Source: Nemertoderma westbladi (lineage: Eukaryota; Animalia; Xenacoelomorpha). From it: a stretch of 63,797 nucleotides of DNA. Within the stretch, counting starts at the first letter, position 1, and each line of letters opens with the position of its first letter. The notes below the pieces were generated by a model. It was not told the DNA's origin. It searched no databases and saw only the letters and a list, made by a program, of their open reading frames with translations. This document shows, piece after piece, positions 1-36,180 of this stretch. The stretch lies in the NCBI GenBank assembly GCA_032718475.1, contig JAUCBJ010000883.1, positions 1 to 63,797 of the forward strand, written 5' to 3'. Made by a program: the position numbers and the translations under genes.

Positions 1-2
1 AA

Positions 3-395
3 TCAAAATATCGATTCCGGGACATCCCTATACATGGAGTACCTGGCGATGGTGCAAGTAACACAGCTATGCAGTGTGAAGCTGATAATAAGTTCCTAGA
101 AGAGTCTCTGAATGAAAGATTACCCTACTATGGAATCCATCGACTAGGTAAACCAAGACAGGATAACAACCCTCGTCCACTGCTTCTTACATTTAATTCC
201 ATTGAAGAGGCATTGAAGGTTATATCCCGGAAGGTATTCGTAGTTGGTAGCAACCGATTATATTTCAACAAAGATTTGTCTAAATTTGAACGCGAGATGG
301 AATATCAATTTAGGCAGAAACGACGTATCTCCCGCCAACGATCACAATCCACGAGATTGGATGTGACGAGAAACGAAGCTGAACGTCTAGATTGA
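3..395 (+). CDS. LINE ORF1 C-terminal part
   Basis: Frame open from the window edge: IPIHGVP...HRLGK...PRPLLLTF...FNKDL, typical of CR1/L2-group ORF1. Ends in TGA at 393-395. Confidence 0.75.
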   Translation, partial: SKYRFRDIPIHGVPGDGASNTAMQCEADNKFLEESLNERLPYYGIHRLGKPRQDNNPRPLLLTFNSIEEALKVISRKVFVVGSNRLYFNKDLSKFEREMEYQFRQKRRISRQRSQSTRLDVTRNEAERLD

Positions 396-3300
396 CTACC
401 TACTGCAGATGCTTCTTACTGCCTCGCTACCACATGTGAGGAACATTCAGTTGGCTCACACCCATACCCCTGGCTATTAAACTTTGAACGGAGTGGAATA
501 CACTTTCTTCATATAAACATAAACAGTCTACGATATAAAGTACATGAATTAAATGTAATGTTGAACCCTCCAGTTATCCATGTTATTGCAATAACTGAAA
601 CTAAACTAGATGACTCAATAACAAACCAACAAGTAAATATTGATGGATATGATATATATAGGAGAGACAGAACTGGGAATGGAGGGGGGGTTGCACTCTA
701 TGTACGTAAACACTTACCATTTGAGGTGAAGCCCCAGTCATATGACACTCCTTCTGAACTGTTAATTGGCGAATTATACCTTCCTAAGACGAAACCGATA
801 CTCATTGGAGTAATTTATAGACCCGATGCTGACTATTCTATATTCGAAAACCTCGAAATAACTGCAGGTGATTTATCACGCTATAAAGAGGTAATAACAA
901 TGGGTGATACTAATACAAATATGATGTCTGTGATAAATCCATTAATGGGTGAGATAGTCAAAAATCCACTAGGAATACAACATATCGATAACAACCTGAA
1001 ACAACTATTGCAATTCTGTGAGTCGAACAGTATAGTTCAATTAATACGGGAGCCAACTCGAGTAACTTCAACAACTGCTACACTATTGGACCATATCTTT
1101 GTTTCAAACCCAAATATGGTAATTACTTCTGGAGTAATTAAGGATACGTTAAGTGATCATTACATGGTGTTTGCAACTAGAAAACGTAAAAAATGTTGTC
1201 CTAAGGAACCAAAATATATCAAGTGTAGATCCTATAATGAATATACTGCTGAGAAACTTATATTCGAATTGCATAACAATAGAGAAATAGATAAGATAGC
1301 AACTACTACCGATGTGGATGAGGCAACCAATATTTTAACGTTAGCTCTAAATACTGCTCTAGATAAACTAGCACCCAAACGCGAGTATCGAGTTCGATGT
1401 CATTCTCAGCCCTGGGTGGATACTGAGGTCAAAGAAGCCATTATTAATAGAAATAAACAAACCCATAGATTCCAAGAGACACGCAGCCATAATGATGAAC
1501 AACTTCTAAAACAAACCCGCAATGAAACTACAACTATAATTAGAAAGAAGAAGACTGCGTATATCAAAGAGAAAATTGCATTGGCTGGTAAAGACAGTAA
1601 AAAACTTTGGAAAGCATTGAAAGACATTGGCCCCCATTCAAAAAAAATAAAAGAGGATCCCTCAACTCCTACCGTTCTTAAAATAGACGGAAATATATGT
1701 AGCAACACCGAAGATGTATGTAATTATTTTAATGATTACTTTTTAACAATAGCAGATGAGCTCGTAAGTAAGTTGCCGCCACCTAGTGGAAACTACGATA
1801 TTCCGAAGGTGGTGGACTATTACAAAAAACTGGGAGTTGTGGAAAATTCTTTCGAATTACACCCTACGACATATGACGAGGTTTACAAAATATGTTCTAG
1901 GGTTGATGTTTCTAAAGCCACTGGATCGGATGAGATACCGGCAAAGATAATAAAGGATGGGTTATCAGTCATTATATCCCCCCTACTGCATATTATTAAC
2001 CAATCTATAATAACCACTAAGTACCCTACAAGTTACAAGATTGCTCGTGTAAAGACTGCATATAAAAGCAGTGGTTCGCGACTAGAGAGAGGAAACTTTC
2101 GCCCGCTCTCATTACTTCCAATAATGTCTAAAATACTTGAAAGAGTTGCATTTAACCAGCTACAAGACCACTATATCAATAACAAACTAATAAATAAACT
2201 TCAGTCGGGCTTTCGGGAGGGATATTCAACTGAAACGGCATTAATCTTTGTAGATAGCGCTATTAGAAATGGTATGGACAATGGCAAACTCACTGGTATG
2301 GTTACTATAGACTTTCGAAAAGCCTTTGACTGTGTGAATCACAATATATTGTTAGAAAAACTAAAGGCTATGGGCGCTACCGATAAAACAAAAGATTGGT
2401 TCGAATCATATCTTTCTGGTAGACAACAGTTCGTTGCTATTGGCAACACACGATCGGAGACTAAACCTATTAAAAATGGTGTTCCCCGGGGATCTATCTT
2501 GGGAGTTCTACTGTACCAAGGAGACACTAACGACTTCCACATGGTAATAGAGGATGACACCCTGGACCCAACCTTTGCCGATGACACAAACTTAATAAAA
2601 ACCAATGATGACTCAGAATTAATTTCTAAAAGTTTGAGTTCAACAATGGACAGAGTATTCGACTGGTGTGTACAAAATAAACTGACAATAAACTTTGATA
2701 AGACCTACAGCATACTCATTGGAACACACCAAAAGATAGCTTCCTCTCCTGAACTAGAAGTCTATTGTGGTGGGCAACGTATAAAAAATGCAAAATCGGT
2801 CACTTACCTTGGCTCCGTGCTAGACCAACATCTAAGTGGGACCGAGATGGCCACAAAGGTAATAAAGAAATGTAACAATAGATTGAAGTTTTTACATAGA
2901 TATGGCGGATTACTAGACTACTATACAAGACGTTTGCTATGCAATACACTGATATAACCACATATCGATTATGCCGCATCTACTTGGTTTTACAGCATAA
3001 CTCAACGCCTTCGTAAGCAATTGGAAGCACTGCAGAGGAAATGTGTCAGATATTGCCTTGGTTACGGTCCTCGTGAACATATCGGAATCCAACACTTCAA
3101 AGAAATAAATTGGCTCCCTCTAAACGAAAGAATAAAGGCAGTTATAGCATCACATATGTTCAAAATTGTTAACAACATATCACCCGATTACATGTCAGAC
3201 CTCGTTGACCTTCGTTGTCAAACACACTCACTGCGTTCTACTGAGTCATCAGCTGCGCTCCCCCATTGTACGACAGTTTGCGGCAAGAAAGCGTTCACTT

Positions 3301-3446
3301 ACTTGGGCCCAAAAATTTGGAACGAGCTGCCTCAAAGCTTAACGAACGTGAAAACTTTAGAAGTGTTCAAACACAACCTCAAAGACTACTACCTACAGCA
3401 GCTGCTAAGCGAAAATGCAAATGAATACATTTATTATGATTATTAA
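396..3446 (+). pseudogene. LINE ORF2 (APE endonuclease + reverse transcriptase) with one nonsense codon at 2955-2957
   Basis: Endonuclease motifs HININSL, AITETKL, GDTN, LDHIF, SDH. RT motifs FRPLSLL, QSGFR, DFRKAFD, VPRGSILG, FADDT, YLG. The frame continues past TAA (LI*PHIDYA) into ORF 3021-3446 (WLPL, IWNELP). Confidence 0.92.
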
Positions 3447-5879
3447 TTAACATAACAAACATTGTATTTTATTGAACTTCATAATTATTTATTTTATAGG
3501 CTATATTTTATATATTACAGTGTTTTTATTATTGCATTTATTGCTATTTTTTATTGTATTTTTCAGTTACTTTTAGCATTTCATTGGCGCCATTCCATTT
3601 TCATTACAATTTTGGTGCAAATAATATTGTCTGCCGCATAGAGCACAGGGACCCTTATGGAAACGAGGTGAAACCTCATAAGGCTATCCCTCCATTTTAA
3701 TCTAATATTGCACATTTTCTACTTGTTTTTTTATTTTAAGGTTCTGCTTGTTTTATTTTTGTCTACCTTGTTTTATTGATGTCTACCTTGTTTTATTTTG
3801 TCTACCTTGTTTTATTTTTGTCTACCTTGTTTTATTGATGTCTACCTTGTTTTATTTTGTCTACCTTGTTTTATTTTGTATACCTTGTTTTATTGTATAA
3901 AATTATACTGAGACTCCGAGTTAATTTTACTGTACATATGTGATAAGTTTTAAACTATGTGTTCGTATTTTATTGTACCTTGTTAAATAAATTTTATTGT
4001 ACCTTGTTAAATAAATTTCATTGTATGTATGTGATACTACTTTTTAAACTGTAGTTACGTACTGATACTCCGAGTTAATTTTACTATACATAATATGTGA
4101 AAAGTTTTAAACTACGTGTTCGTATTTTATTGTACCTTGTTAAATAAATTTTACTGTACGTATGTGATACTACTTTTTAAACTGTAGCTACGTAACAGAT
4201 ATATTTTAAACTGTAAATTTTATTTTATTTCAAGTTTAATGTATGTATATACGGTACACGTGATTTATTGTAAACTACTGTACAGAGTTAGAAGACCATT
4301 TATGATACCTAGGCAAGACAATTTTATTATATAATTTCAAACAAATGTATTACCATCCATTAATTTACATAATTTACATAAAACAATGTAAAATAAATTA
4401 CCGGTAAATTGTGATTTATATATATTATTTCAGTATTGTGCAGTATGTATTTTTATATGGGAAAAAATTCAATCAATCAATCAATCAACGCGGCACCGCT
4501 GATTCAATCACGAATTCAGAAGTTACAACATGCAGACATAAGCTGATAAGGTGATAGCACAGTCAGACAGTAGCATAACGGAAGGCCTATGTGTAGGGGT
4601 ACCGGTACGATAGGTAAACAATGCTTTGTTACTTCAGATTTCATTGTACTGCATTTTGCATTCAGACATTAGCAGAGATAAGATACCGGTACCGTAAACA
4701 GTTTACCCGCGCGCCGATCAACCGAGGAAATGTTCAAGCGCGCTGACAGGCCAGCAGGCTGAGGCTGACAAAATATTTATACGCGCAGAACAGCAAAAGC
4801 ACGTCCGCCAATCTGCCAATGCTTGAATGCAGCAATGCCTGAATGCAATTTTTAAACTACCGGTACCGGCAGACCGGTAGGCCTACCTAACTAAACCTAC
4901 TGACCTACCTCAGTCTGAACTGAATGTGCAGAATTTCCTCAATTTTCCTTCAATTTGCCGGAAAATCTACAGACAGTGGACAGACACTCTAGCTGTCTAG
5001 GCAGCTAGGTCGTGTATTTAATGTGATGTAAATTTTACGGCTGCAGAGGGAGAGGGAGGACGATGTGCCCTTCGCGCAGCACGTGAAAAAACCGTCTTTT
5101 CTAGAAAAATACTTCTTAATTTCTGAATTTGACCACTGTCAGTACTACCGGTACTGCGACTGCCCTGCCACCTGCCAGTACCAGACAACCGCACTACCAG
5201 ACTACAGCACTAGCAATCCTATACTGCTATAAGTACCGGTAGGCAATCAACTAATAGTCAAACAATATTTTAAATGGCGATGTTCAATGTTCAATTGTAC
5301 CGACGGGCCGTCGGTAGGCCTACAATTGGTAGTTTAAGTCATGTAAGTGCCTTGACGATTTACGATTAGCAGAGATTTGGCTGTTTGGCGGACGTAATCT
5401 GCAGTCGTCTTTCTGTCTTTCAGTCAGTCTGTCAGTCAGTCAGTCAGTGGTGGATCAGACTGTCAGACACGGTCTCGGTCCGGAAACACCCCCAACGTGT
5501 TGTCGTTGCTCGATGGCAATGAAGTTATCTTCGAGGAAGTCTCGTTCTCTACGTCGACCTGACGCTCATCAACTCACTGACTCATGTGGAGATGCACACG
5601 CACCAGACTGCCAGACAGCCAGATGCGGAATCGGCAATCCTGCAATCTCTCTGCCCGCACTGATGTCGAATATTTTTTATGATATATTTTTTAATAATTT
5701 CACTTACAATAAAATTATGTTGTGAATTACTTTACAGTAATTTGTTGTGGCATTTTATACTAAGTCAGTAAGTATTATTCATGAAGACCAGTCAGCCAGT
5801 AGGCCTAATCAATAGTTAATAAATTTTTAATAATAGTTTTTTTAATAATAATTTTTAATAATAATTCTGTAATTGTTAA

Positions 5880-6944
5880 CCCTCCCCCGGTAACGTGGGG
5901 TAAAATAATACCCCAAGGGGATTACTTTTGATATTTTTCGACAATCTCTCATATTATGTATGTCCAACTTCATAGTATCTTCCAAAAAACTTGTAATCTA
6001 ACGATTGTGGGGGTCAAACCCATAAAATTTTGTTTATGAAAAATGTTATGGGCCCTTAATTTGAAAACAACTTAGTTAGGTAAGATGGGGTATAAAAATA
6101 CCCCATAACGTTATGGTGCTCGTTTAGTGGTGCTTTGTGACTCATTTTGGTTTCATTGGAACCACAATGGTCGATTTAGTTGTACTAGACAGCTAGAGGC
6201 ATGTTTTAACTTTGTCTTTTAAGACCAAATTATCAGTATTATGAAGCTACTGTATTGTGTGGCCTGTATTTCACAAGCCAAGACTTCGGCCTAATCGCGA
6301 TGCGATAGATTGCTAAGTATATGTGAATAATTCTTATTGTGTAGGCTTTCTTAGAGGTGTTCTGGCCTTTTGGGTCTCATTTTGGGTGCATTGAAACTGC
6401 AATGTATAATTTAGTTGGACAATAATCACATTTTATGACCAAATCATCAGTACTTTTGCAGTCATGGTGTATATTTCATATTACAATTCAAGATCTTGTG
6501 CTATTGCGAGGTGATATATCTGTATATAAATATCACTTTGTTGACTTTTAGTGGTGGTTTTGACTCATTTTATGCTTATTGGAACTGCAATGGTATACTT
6601 CAGGGTGTACTTGACCCATAACACCACTAAAAAACCTAAAATGAGAAACACTCTCACAGCTAATGCTTAACTATGATAGTATCTTGTTGCAAAACGCCCC
6701 ATCGCGACGTTAACGATGATCGCGATTGTAGTGGGATAACTTTTGTGGCATTGAGCGTTGGGTAGACTTCAACCAAATTGAAAAAAAAAATTCACAACTT
6801 ATTTTTTCACCATTTGGCAAATTCTGGGAGGGGGATTGCAAGTGTTTTTCTGTTTAATGTTACTTAAAATGTCTTATCGATTTGGGGTATAAAAATACCC
6901 CACGTTACCGTTGAAGGATAATTTTTTACCATACCGGGGCAGGG
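5880..6944. mobile_element. piggyBac-type non-autonomous DNA transposon
   Basis: TTAA TSD at 5876-5879 and 6945-6948. TIRs CCCTCCCCCGGTA / TACCGGGGCAGGG, with subterminal GGTAACGTGGGGTA / TACCCCACGTTACC. Absent from the right arm of the inverted repeat. Confidence 0.85.
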
Positions 6945-7339
6945 TTAATTATGTAATTTATAAGGACTACTAAGTAATTTTTAATTAATCGATCATTTTT
7001 TAGTACGTTTTTTTAAGTCAACCTTAAATTATTATTAAGCCATTATTATATCTGTATTATTACAGTGCATATTTTTAAGAATTGTGGCATTTTGTACAAT
7101 AATAAATCAATAAATAATATTCAGTTTGTGCCATTAATTAATACATACCGGTAGTTCATTAGCAGTTTTAGTTAATTAGGTAATTATATAGGCTATGCAA
7201 TATTACAGGGCAATGTATGCTAATCGTAATAAAGTATTGTTATTATTACTACTATTAATAAATAAATAAAACGTTAATAAATAAACTTTCAAATAATTAG
7301 GTTTCTTAATAAGCAGATAAGGGCACAGAGGAATGAACA

Positions 7340-7515
7340 AACTTTTGAAAAAAGTATAAGTGGTTCGCCATGGCAGCATGGCCATAGGGGAATCATCAAA
7401 GTTTGAAAAAAAAGTGTAAGTGGTTCGCCACGGGCATAGGGGAATCATCAAAGTTTGAAAAAAAAAAGTAAAAGTGGTTCGCCACGGGCAGACGGGCATA
7501 CTGGCATAGGGGAAT
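7340..7515. repeat. Three short (~55 bp) tandem repeats at the centre of the inverted repeat
   Basis: Repeated tttgaaaaaa..gtaagtggttcgcca..ggcatagggg. Confidence 0.7.
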
Positions 7516-8975
7516 CGATAAAAAATTTCTTACCACTGTGCCTCAAATGTGATATTACCCGGTACCGGTACCTAATAAACTGAAACTGCTAATTAACTAG
7601 CTGACTAGCTTTTAACTATCTTACCGTACTTTTTAAAGTAATGTTAACGTATTATTTCTGTAATTATAAAGTTTTATGTAATCTGTGTTTGTGATTAACG
7701 GTAATTTTCCTATTTACATTCCTCCATTATGTACAGGAAATTAAACGAATTATTCATTCATTCATTCCTATTAATAAATGCCACAAACTGCAAATTGATT
7801 TATTATTGTATAAATACCACAATTCCTAAAAATATGCACTGTAACACAGTAATATAATTTATAACTTATAAATTAGGTACATAGGCCTAACTAACTAAAA
7901 AAACTATTATTAAAAATTTATTAATTAATTTACATAATTATATTGTAAAGTTACATATACCTATATAATTTAAAAAGTACGAAATTCACTAAAAATTATA
8001 ATTAATACATGCAACAAGTATGGGCCACAATTCCAACTAAACCTAGGCTATATCAGTATCATATTTAATATATGGCAACAATTCAATTTTACTTGTTCGC
8101 GTCATCCCGCTTCATTACCATCGAGCAACGACAACACGTTGGGGGTGTTTCCGGACCGAGACCGTGTCTTATCTCAGTATCTACCACAGAATGACAGCTG
8201 CAGATAACAGGATGACATCCGCCAAATGTCTGCTAAGTAATCGTAAATCGTTTCAGGCACTTAAACTGTCATTCTTCCTCTCCTCTCCCAGTGCCGCCGG
8301 TACAATTGAACAGTATACGTAACGGCAGTGCGGTTGTCTGGTTGTGGTACTGGAAGGGCGGTACTGACACTGACAGTCAGACAGTTAGGCCTAGTCAAAT
8401 TAAGTTAAGTATTTTCTAGAAAAGACAGTTTTTCACGTGCTGCGCGAAGTGCACATCGTCCTCTGCAGCCGTAAAATTTATACCACATTAAATACAAGAC
8501 CTGGGTGTCTGTCTGTAGATTTTCCGGCAAATTGAAGGAAAATTAAGGAAATGGTGCACATTTGAAAACAGGCAAAAATTGACTTTTCGAGAAAAAAGCA
8601 TTTCGTTTCGCACATCAAATGGGCTCAGTAATACCGGTACTTCTATGATAACTTATAATAGCTGAATACTGGAATAGTAGGCCTATGCTACCGGACCGGT
8701 ACATTTTCAGCTGAAACCTTTCTACAGTTCTAACTTACAACTGAACTTAAGGCATTGCAGCATTGTTATGTTCAGTTGTTCTTACTCTTTAGTTTCTGTT
8801 CTGTCGGACAGTCGGACTACCTGTACTTCAGTAGCCTACTTCTACTTGCCAGGTTCACTTCCATTCAATATTTCAACTTCAATCACTCAACTCAACCATC
8901 AATAACTTATTATATTAATCAGGACTGATCCGCTTCTGAAAATTCGAAACTCCTGCATCTATTAACTGGAAAGCC

Positions 8976-32462
<23,487 letters not shown>

Positions 32463-35400
32463 CCAACCAATCAGCTTATAGTTACTGAAACTGAAAGAGT
32501 TTCAGTAATCTATGTTCCCCCAAACTGGTTTCATTCAACGCATCCTGTTGTTTGTGGAAATAATGACGTATTGTATTCTAAATCTGGTATCACACACAGT
32601 TACCCAAACCGAATACTAATAAGTAACAAATGTTCAATTGACACTAGTTTAACACTAACAACTACAGACTGCTACTTACTCAACCCACATCTCACCTTAT
32701 CATGAATTCACACTGAATCCCGTCTTTTAACATTTATAAGTTAACCCTTTTACCATTTTCTGATAGTGATTATGGTATATCATACTGTCTCCAAAATTGG
32801 TATCATATACTGTAGTTTCCAACATATCACAATATGGTGGTATCATTATTTTTATCTTTACTGGTTTAGATGTTACACTTATTCGGCTATCCCCCCTACT
32901 GCAATAGAACACCCAGTCGCATGTTACACGACTTACTTTACCACAGTGGTATCAGACTAACTCAACGTTAATTATTTCTATAAGCTTACAGTTTTCAGAA
33001 TATTTAACTTTCTGGTAATGAAACTCACAGAAATCATGGCGAAGTTCCAGTAATTTTTTTTCATATCCTAAAATGAAGTTGGCTCTTATGTTTATCTTCT
33101 TAAGTTACTACTATTAATTAATTGATGACATATTTTAAAAAGAGTTAATTGTATTAAATCTAAATACAATTAACTCTTTATTATTGGATTTTCATGCTTC
33201 TACTTCAATTCATATTTTAAAACATTATGTTTTATTTCAAAATTGTTACATTACCTCTCGCCTACATTATTGGTCATCTTTCAGATAAGTATTAAGATTT
33301 GCCTAGCTGGCCCTTCTAGGAGTTTCATTTCGTTGGCTATACTGTTGGTATATTTCATTATAATATTATATTTAGGTTATACATAGGTTTATCTACAATG
33401 GCTGTTATTGATGTACTAAACTAGGTCTGTATTCATTTATACTCGTTTGAACTTCGCTTCATATGAACTGTGTATCCTTCCATTAGGATTATCCTCACCG
33501 TATATCTTCTGTACTGAATTAGCTGAGATAAAGGTGCATCATACTTTCATATCACAAAATTGTAACCCAGTCGCTACTCCCTATATTTAAACACAATATT
33601 GTGTTATCCGCTCAACTCAATCCATTCACTTACATATTTTTATAAGACATGGCGATAATCCGGCTAGGTCTAGGGCTATCTTGAATATAATCCTTCTTAG
33701 ACACCTGGCATTTTCCATCACACCAGCACCTTTTTTGGTGTGTGTTGTGTGGGAGTATTGCTTCGATCTACCGCACTTGTTTAATGTCCCAATACCTCGT
33801 CGTTTCGGCTCAGGTCCCTGTTAAATCTTATAAACTCAAGAGTTTCGAGAGTTTCCATGACTTTTTTCAGAGTTTTATGAGATTTCGAGTTCAGGATACG
33901 TTTGGAAAGTTTCCTTTGGATCCGACTGAGTCTACCTTCCTTCTGAGTAGACTCAAGCTGCTTGAGTAGAGAGTTGGACTTGTTAGTGCATGATCTCACT
34001 GTCATCATAGTCGTGCTAAACAAGGTAATCATCTTTTTGGCATTCATTCAAAATCATAAACTTTTTATAAACGATGTTTTTCCTAAAAAATTGTTTTTCT
34101 TGAAATCCTTTATCTCAGCATTGTAGGACATACTTGTTTAATTAAGTTGGGTACCAAATCCAAGGTTACAAGTTGTTCCTACCTATAACACTAAACAAGT
34201 AATACAACAATGTTAATGAAACTCAACAGTAACACGACCTATAATATCGGTCTATCCTCTTTAGTCTTGCCGGAGTTAGAACGACCGATGGTCTCCAAAC
34301 GTATTTTACATTCGGTTTAGCGTTTTATGTGTAAAACCTTGGAACAAAACCGTACGATCAATGAAATTAGCTTTTCGTTTAGTTGACTAAAAGGATAATA
34401 ATGGCATATAATTTACGTCTTTTTTCTTCTGGCATGAAAAAATGGGACGTCTAGATCATGGGTAGTGGATCATTTCCCTTAATCGAATGAATTTAATTTA
34501 CCAAACTTTCTTAATAAAATTGTTGACAATTGGTTAGTCTTATAGTAGTTTAGTTGTTTATTGGTGGGGTCAACTTGTTATCTCAACTATAGGGATGTAA
34601 GTCACAAGATTTTCTGAATAAATATACTCCGAAAACTTTCATCCCTAATTTTCAACCTTACTGTATTCTGTGTTAGCTGGTTTATATTATAATAATATAG
34701 TTAGTGAGATCCCTTGCATATTTATAACCTGCATATCCCTTTGTTTACAAATAATAGGTTACAGTTCGTGAACTATTGACGTACTTTTGACTCTAAGTAA
34801 TAATTGTTACGTTTGGGACACGTATGAACAGATTTAACATGACAGTCTAGTCTGGTCTTTGCATGCACTCTTGGTCTGGGTACAGTTCTACCCTCCTGTC
34901 GTAGCTCTTATTCTATAGTAATTCTCTATTGGTATAGCAACTAACAGTTGTGACAAACTTACTTTTCACTCCATGTTGGTGTTGCTAAGTCATGCATGAC
35001 GTCACAATGTCGCTGTAATTTGTTCATGATTTCAGGGGGGCGAGTTTATTCTGCAATGTGGTTAGCCCTATAAGCCCGTTCTTTCTCCTGGAGAGAGTGT
35101 GATTGACATATGACAGTGACTATTACAGACAACTACTGGTTTCGAGTCATTGTAGGCTACTGATTGGCCTTATTGATCGGAAAGTATGTCTGATTTTCTG
35201 TGCTTGTAGTATATTATTTTGTAACATTCGTTTTTGGTTTAAACTGTTCTTGACCATTGGGGTAGAGTCGGTAGTTTGTTTGTCAGTTTATGGTAGTTTC
35301 GTCATTAAGTCATAGTCTAATGGACATTGGATTTGACTGTACATTGTCTGTCAAACCAGCAGTCAAACCAAGCTCAACTTTACAGTCCAATTGTCTCTTC

Positions 35401-36180
35401 TGAACGGCTCATAAAAATATAATAATAGTATGTTGAAATGAAAATTATTCCCCCTTTTTATTTAAACACAAAGTTCTAAGTGATATTGTTTCAATATATA
35501 TAGCTGATTTTTCTTTGATTCAAAATTAGTTGAGTATTTTTTAACCCTTTTAATAATTCATCATCAAGGGACAGAACTTACTCAAATTTGTTACTGGTTA
35601 TGTGCAAAACATACTATCTTGAGTTTTGAATTCTGATCCCAAATTCTAGTGATGATATAATATTTATTTACATTCCATGATCGCTGTGTTTATTGCCCCG
35701 CCAACAACTGCTCAATGGTTCCTCTACCCCAATGGTTATTACTGTTAACCTGTTACATAAAGTTGGTTTACACCTTGAATATGTGCTGTTTAGTGTTTAC
35801 TGACCAGGTTGTGTAGAATTTTTAGGTGTGGCAATGTAGATTAGTATATTTTTAAATGTTTACTAAAATCGTGATATTGTATTCATGAAAATAAAATATA
35901 TGAAATATGTAACTTCATAACTGTTTTTTTTAATCATTTAATTACTTAACTACTTCTTTCTACAACATATGGCGGACATGTGAAGAATCTCCCCTTTATA
36001 CGTACTTTATGGGGCGAGCCACAAAGTCATTTATTCTTCCCAAACAGTTTAGTACAGAGGCCAAATGGGCCCTATCTGTTTGTCTGTCAGTCCGTCTGTC
36101 GTGGTCAATTTCAACGACATTATGCCAGTAATGATTCGTTCAAATTTGGAATTTGATATGAGCATAATTAACATACTAAA

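Larger units (their letters stand above)
1..4488 (+). mobile_element. CR1/L2-group LINE (Crack/Daphne-like), running off the left window edge
   Basis: ORF1 tail, APE+RT ORF2 and an AT-rich 3' UTR with internal repeats (3770-4200), ending in an (AATC)n tail at ~4468-4488. Confidence 0.88.
4810..8770. repeat. Large diverged inverted repeat upstream of the IMP gene (centre ~7185-7570)
   Basis: Reverse-complement block pairs: 4927-4977/8507-8559, 5025-5118/8405-8490, 5465-5524/8110-8169, 7060-7110/7795-7845, 7152-7185/7570-7600. Outer limits are approximate. Confidence 0.85.
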
